From: Eledone cirrhosa
Taxonomy: Eukaryota
NCBI GenBank assembly: GCA_964016885.1
Contig: OZ024765.1
Span: 15,872,001 to 15,936,000 of the forward strand
DNA: 64,000 bases
Reading direction: 5' to 3'
The translations under genes were made by a program, and so were the position numbers. This document shows positions 57,895-64,000 of this stretch, in pieces (position 1 is the first letter of the stretch; each line of letters begins with the position of its first letter). The notes beneath the pieces were generated by a model. The model worked only from the letters and a program-made list of their open reading frames with translations, was not told the origin of the DNA and did not search any database.

Positions 57895-60800
57895 GGATGG
57901 TGTGGTGGTGTGGTGGTGGTGTGGTGGTGGTGTGGTGGTGGTGTGGTGGTGGTGGTGGTGGTGTGGTGTGGTGGTGGTGGTGGTGTGGTGGTGGTGTGGT
58001 GTGGTGGTGTGGTGGTGTGGTGGTGTGGTGTGGTGTGGTAGTGGTGTGGTGGTGTAGTGGTGTGGTGTGGTGGTGTGGTGGTGGTGGTGTGGTGGTTGTG
58101 GTGTGGTGGTGGGGTGGTGGTAGTGTGGTGTTGTGGTGGTGGTGGGGTGTGCTGGTGGCGTGTGGTGTGGTGTGGCGTAGCGGAGTGTATAGTGTAGTGT
58201 AGTGTGGTAGGGTGGTGTAGTGGTTGGGTGGTGTGGTGGTGTTGTGTTGGTGCTTGTAGTGGTGGTGTTGGTGCTTGTAGTGGTGGTGGTGGTAGTGGTG
58301 TTGGTGCTTGTAGTGGTTGTGGTGGTGTTGGTGGTGGTGGTGTTGGTGCTTGTAGTGGTGGTTGTGGTGGTGTTGGTGCTTGTAGTGGTGGTTGTGGTGG
58401 TGTTGGTGCTTGTAGTGGTGGTTGTGGTGGTGTTGGTGCTTGTAGTGGTGGTTGTGGTGTTTGTGCTTGTAGTGGTGGTGGTGGTGTTGTTGGTGCTTGT
58501 AGTGGTTGTGGTGGTGTTGGTGCTTGTAGTGGTGGTTGTGGTGGTGTTGGTGGTTGTGGTGGTAGTGGTGGTGTTGGTGTTATTGGTGGTTGTGGTGGTG
58601 TTGGTGCTTGTAGTGGTGGTTGTGGTGGTGTTGGTGGTTGTGGTGGTAGTGGTGGTGTTGGTGTTATTGGTGGTTGTGGTGTTGTTGGTGCTTGTAGTGG
58701 TTGTGGTGGTGTTGGTGCTTGTAGTGGTGGTTGTGGTGGTGTTGGTGGTTGTGGTGGTAGTGGTGGTGTTGGTGTTATTGGTGGTTGTGGTGGTATTGGT
58801 GCTTGTAGTGGTGGTTGTGGTGGTGTTGGTGGTTGTGGTGGTAGTGGTGGTGTTGGTGTTATTGGTGGTTGTGGTGTTGTTGGTGCTTGTAGTGGTGGTT
58901 GTGGTGGTGTTGGTGCTTGTAGTGGTTGTGGTGTTGTTGGTGCTTGTAGTGGTTGTGGTGGTGTTGCTGCTTGTAGTGGTGGTTGTGGTGTTGTTGGTGC
59001 TTGTAGTGGTTGTGGTGGTGTTGCTGCTTGTAGTGGTGGTTGTGGTGTTGTTGGTGCTTGTAGTGGTTGTGGTGGTGTTGCTGCTTGTAGTGGTGGTTGT
59101 GGTGTTGTTGGTGCTTGTAGTGGTTGTGGTGGTGTTGGTGCTTGTAGTGGTTGTGGTGGTGTTGGTGCTTGTAGTGGTGGTGGTGGTGTTGGTGCTTGTA
59201 GTGGTTGTGGTGGTGTTGGTGCTTGTAGTGGTTGTGGTGTTGTTGGTGCTTGTAGTGGTGGTTGTGGTGGTGTTGGTGCTTGTAGTGGTTGTGGTGGTGT
59301 TGGTGCTTGTAGTGGTGGTTGTGGTGGTGTTGGTGCTTGTAGTGGTTGTGGTGTTGTTGGTGCTTGTAGTGGTTGTGGTGTTGTTGGTGCTTGTAGTGGT
59401 TGTGGTGGTGTTGGTGCTTGTAGTGGTGGTTGTGGTGGTGTTGGTGCTTGTAGTGGTTGTGGTGTTGTTGGTGCTTGTAGTGGTGGTGGTGGTGTTGGTG
59501 CTTGTAGTGGTTGTGGTGGTGTTGGTGCTTGTAGTGGTTGTGGTGGTGTTGGTGCTTGTAGTGGTTGTGGTGGTGTTGCTGCTTGTAGTGGTGGTTGTGG
59601 TGTTGTTGGTGCTTGTAGTGGTTGTGGTGTTGTTGGTGCTTGTAGTGGTGGTTGTGGTGGTGTTGGTGCTTGTAGTGGTTGTGGTGTTGTTGGTGCTTGT
59701 AGTGGTGGTTGTGGTGGTGTTGGTGCTTGTAGTGGTTGTGGTGGTGTTGGTGCTTGTAGTGGTTGCGGTGTTGTTGGTGCTTGTAGTGGTTGTGGTGGTG
59801 TTGGTGCTTGTAGTGGTGGTTGTGGTGGTGTTGGTGCTTGTAGTGGTTGTGGTGGTGTTAGTGCTTGTAGTGGTTGTGGTGGTGTTGGTGCTTGTAGTGG
59901 TTGTGGTGTTGTTGGTGCTTGTAGTGGTGGTTGTGGTGGTGTTGGTGCTTGTAGTGGTTGTGGTGTTGTTGGTGCTTGTAGTGGTGGTTGTGGTGGTGTT
60001 GGTGCTTGTAGTGGTTGTGGTGGTGTTGGTGCTTGTAGTGGTTGTGGTGGTGTTGGTGCTTGTAGTGGTTGTGGTGTTGTTGGTGCTTGTAGTGGTGGTT
60101 GTGGTGGTGTTGGTGCTTGTAGTGGTTGTGGTGGTGTTGCTGCTTGTAGTGGTGGTTGTGGTGGTGTTGGTGCTTGTAGTGGTTGTTGTGGTGGTGTTGG
60201 TGCTTGTAGTGGTGGTTGTGGTGGTGTTGGTGCTTGTAGTGGTTGTGGTGGTGTTGGTGCTTGTAGTGGTTGTGGTGGTGTTGGTGCTTGTAGTGGTGGT
60301 TGTGGTGTTGTTGGTGCTTGTAGTGGTTGTGGTGGTGTTGGTGCTTGTAGTGGTGGTTGTGGTGTTGTTGGTGCTTGTAGTGGTTGTGGTGTTGTTGGTG
60401 CTTGTAGTGGTTGTGGTGGTGTTGCTGCTTGTAGTGGTTGTGGTGGTGTTGGTGCTTGTAGTGGTGGTTGTGGTGGTGTTGGTGCTTGTAGTGGTTGTGG
60501 TGGTGTTGGTGCTTGTAGTGGTGGTTGTGGTGTTGGTGCTTGTAGTGGTTGTGGTGGTGTTGTTGGTGCTTGTAGTGGTTGTGGTGTTGTTGGTGCTTGT
60601 AGTGGTGGTTGTGGTGGTGTTGTTGGTGCTTGTAGTGGTAGTGGTGGTGTTGGTGCTTGTAGTGGTGGTTGTGGTGTTGGTGCTTGTAGTGGTTGTGGTG
60701 GTGTTGTTGGTGCTTGTAGTGGTTGTGGTGTTGGTGCTTGTAGTGGTTGTGGTGGTGTTGTTGGTGCTTGTAGTGGTAGTGGTGGTGTTGGTGCTTGTAG

Positions 60801-63800
60801 TGGTGGTTGTGGTGGTGTTGGTGCTTGTAGTGGTGGTGGTGGTGTTGGTGCTTGTAGTGGTGGTTGTGGTGTTGTTGGTGCTTGTAGTGGTTGTGGTGTT
60901 GTTGGTGCTTGTAGTGGTGGTTGTGGTGGTGTTGGTGCTTGTAGTGGTAGTGGTGGTGTTGGTGCTTGTAGTGGTGGTAGTGGTGGTGTTGGTGCTTGTA
61001 GTGGTTGTGGTGGTGTTGTTGGTGCTTGTAGTGGTTGTGGTGTTGTTGGTGCTTGTAGTGGTTGTGGTGGTATTGGTGCTTGTAGTGGTGGTGGTGGTGT
61101 TGGTGCTTGTTGTGGTGTTGGTGCTTGTAGTGGTGGTTGTGGTGTTGTGTGTGCTTGTAGTGGTGGTGTTGGTGCTTGTAGTGGTGGTTGTGGTGTTGTT
61201 GGTGCTTGTTGTGGTGTTGTTGGTGCTTGTAGTGGTTGTGGTGGTGTTGGTGCTTGTAGTGGTGGTAGTGGTGGTGTTGGTGCTTGTAGTGGTTGTGGTG
61301 GTGTTGTTGGTGCTTGTAGTGGTGGTGTTGGTGCTTGTAGTGGTGGTTGTGGTGGTGTTGGTGCTTGTAGTGGTAGTGGTGGTGTTGGTGCTTGTAGTGG
61401 TAGTGGTGGTGTTGGTGCTTGTAGTAGTGGTAGTGGTGGTGTTGGTGCTTGTAGTGGTGGTTGTGGTGTTGTTGGTGCTTGTAGTGGTTGTGGTGTTGTT
61501 GGTGCTTGTAGTGGTTGTGGTGGTGTTGGTGCTTGTAGTGGTGGTTGTGGTGTTGTTGGTGCTTGTAGTGGTTGTGGTGGTGTTGGTGCTTGTAGTGGTG
61601 GTTGTGGTGTTGTTGGTGCTTGTAGTGGTTGTGGTGGTGTTGGTGCTTGTAGTGGTTTTGGTGGTGTTGGTGCTTGTAGTGGTGGTTGTGGTGTTGTTGG
61701 TGCTTGTAGTGGTTGTGGTGGTGTTGGTGCTTGTAGTGGTGGTGGTGGTGTTGGTGCTTGTAGTGGTTGTGGTGGTGTTGGTGCTTGTAGTGGTTGTGGT
61801 GTTGTTGGTGCTTGTAGTGGTTGTGGTGGTGTTGGTGCTTGTAGTGGTTGTGGTGGTGTTGGTGCTTGTAGTGGTGGTGGTGGTGTTGGTGCTTGTAGTG
61901 GTTGTGGTGTTGTTGGTGCTTGTAGTGGTTGTGGTGTTGTTGGTGCTTGTAGTGGTTGTGGTGGTGTTGGTGCTTGTAGTGGTGGTGGTGGTGTTGGTGC
62001 TTGTAGTGGTTGTGGTGTTGTTGGTGCTTGTAGTGGTGGTGGTGATGTTGGTGCTTGTAGTGGTTGTGGTGGTGTTGGTGCTTGTAGTGGTGGTGGTGGT
62101 GTTGGTGCTTGTAGTGGTGGTGTTGGTGCTTGTAGTGGTGGTTGTGGTGGTGTTGGTGCTTGTAGTGGTTGTGGTGTTGTTGGTGCTTGTAGTGGTGGTG
62201 GTGGTGTTGGTGCTTGTAGTGGTGGTGTTGGTGCTTGTAGTGGTGGTTGTGGTGGTGTTGGTGCTTGTAGTGGTTGTGGTATTGTTGGTGCTTGTAGTGG
62301 TGGTGGTGGTGTTGGTGATTGTAGTGGTTGTGGTGTTGTTGGTGCTTGTAGTGGTTGTGGTGTTGTTGGTGCTTGTAGTGGTTGTGGTGTTGTTGGTGCT
62401 TGTAGTGGTGGTTGTGGTGTTGGTGCTTGTAGTGGTGGTTGTGGTGGTGTTGGTGCTTGTAGTGGTTGTGGTGGTGTTGGTGCTTGTAGTGGTGGTTGTG
62501 GTGTTGTTGGTGCTTGTAGTGGTGGTTGTGGTGTTGTTGGTGCTTGTAGTGGTTGTGGTGGTGTTGGTGCTTGTAGTGGTGGTTGTGGTGTTGGTGCTTG
62601 TAGTGGTGGTTGTGGTGTTGTTGGTGCTTGTAGTGGTTGTGGTGTTGTTGGTGCTTGTAGTGGTTGTGGTGTTGTTGGTGCTTGTAGTGGTGGTTGTGGT
62701 GTTGGTGCTTGTAGTGGTGGTTGTGGTGGTGTTGGTGCTTGTAGTGGTTGTGGTGGTGTTGGTGCTTGTAGTGGTGGTTGTGGTGTTGTTGGTGCTTGTA
62801 GTGGTTGTGGTGGTGTTGGTGCTTGTAGTGGTGGTTGTGGTGTTGGTGCTTGTAGTGGTGGTTGTGGTGTTGTTGGTGCTTGTAGTGGTTGTGGTGTTGT
62901 TGGTGCTTGTAGTGGTTGTGGTGTTGTTGGTGCTTGTAGTGGTGGTTGTGGTGTTGGTGCTTGTAGTGGTGGTTGTGGTGGTGTTGGTGCTTGTAGTGGT
63001 TGTGGTGGTGTTGGTGCTTGTAGTGGTGGTTGTGGTGTTGTTGGTGCTTGTAGTGGTGGTTGTGGTGTTGTTGGTGCTTGTAGTGGTTGTGGTGTTGTTG
63101 GTGCTTGTAGTGGTAGTGGTGGTGTTGGTGCTTGTAGTGGTGGTTGTGGTGTTGTTGGTGCTTGTAGTGGTGGTTGTGGTGTTGGTGCTTGTAGTGGTTG
63201 TGGTGGTGTTGGTGCTTGTAGTGGTGGTTGTGGTGTTGTTGGTGCTTGTAGTGGTTGTGGTGGTATTGGTGCTTGTAGTGGTTGTGGTGGTGTTGGTGCT
63301 TGTAGTGGTGGTTGTGGTGTTGTTGGTGCTTGTAGTGGTTGTGGTGGTGTTGGTGCTTGTAGTGGTGGTTGTGGTGTTGTTGGTGCTTGTAGTGGTTGTG
63401 GTGGTATTGGTGCTTGTAGTGGTTGTGGTGGTGTTGGTGCTTGTAGTGGTGGTTGTGGTGGTGTTGGTGGTTGTGGTGGTATTGGCGGTTGTATTGGTTG
63501 TGGTATTGTTGGTGTTATTGGTGGTTGTGGTGGTGTTGGTGCTGGTAGTGGTTGTGGTGTTATTGGTGGTTGTGGTGGTGTTGCTGGTTGTAGTGGTTCC
63601 GGTGGTGGTGTTGGTGGTTGTAGTGGTTGTGGTGGTGTTGCTGGTTGTAGTGTTTGTGGTGGTGGTGGTGCTTGTAGTGGTTGTGGTGGTGTTGGTGGTT
63701 GTAGTGGATGTGGTGTTGTTGGTGCTTGTTGTGGTGCTGTTGGTGGTTGTGGTGGTGTTGGTGGTTGTAATGGTTCCGGTGGTGGTGTTGGTGGTTGTAG

Positions 63801-64000
63801 TGGTTGTGGTGGTGTTGCTGGTTGTAGTGTTTGTGGTGGTGTTGGAGGTTGTAGTGGATGTGGTGTTGTGGTGCTGTTGGTAGTTGTAGTGGTTGTGGTG
63901 GTGTTGGTGCTGTAGTGGTTGTGGTGTTGTTGGTGCTGTAGTGGTTGTGTGGTGTTGGTAGTTGTAGTGGTTCCGGTGGTGGTGTTGGTGGTTGTAGTGG
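57895..64000. repeat. GT-rich triplet-based tandem repeat with core GGTGCTTGTAGT, units mostly 21-33 bp; runs off the window end
   Basis: Homogeneous from about 58245 to 63450 and degenerate at both ends; gives the 1903-aa and 1887-aa ORFs. Confidence 0.92.

Overview
Eukaryotic, microsatellite-saturated, apparently non-genic DNA. The (TA)n/(TATG)n/(CA)n density and the SINE families suggest an octopod cephalopod (inference). I see no convincing host protein-coding exon, and nearly all ORF-track entries are translations of simple repeats. Recognisable content: a 5'-truncated but unbroken CR1-clade LINE reverse transcriptase (4325-6121, -), shorter CR1, RTE and R4/Dong LINE remnants, many tRNA-derived SINEs (Meta-domain-like and CORE-like), a 76-bp satellite with a 1447-bp higher-order repeat, several minisatellites and a ~6-kb triplet-based GT-rich repeat. 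The main hidden signal is RNA structure. At least seven near-canonical type I hammerhead ribozyme motifs, plus damaged or half copies, lie in short unrelated islands between (TA)n tracts, as expected for Penelope-like element (PLE) termini. Several of these islands are fold-back palindromes whose inversion point is at hammerhead stem II. All structures and coordinates were read by eye; no alignments, folding or database searches were run.
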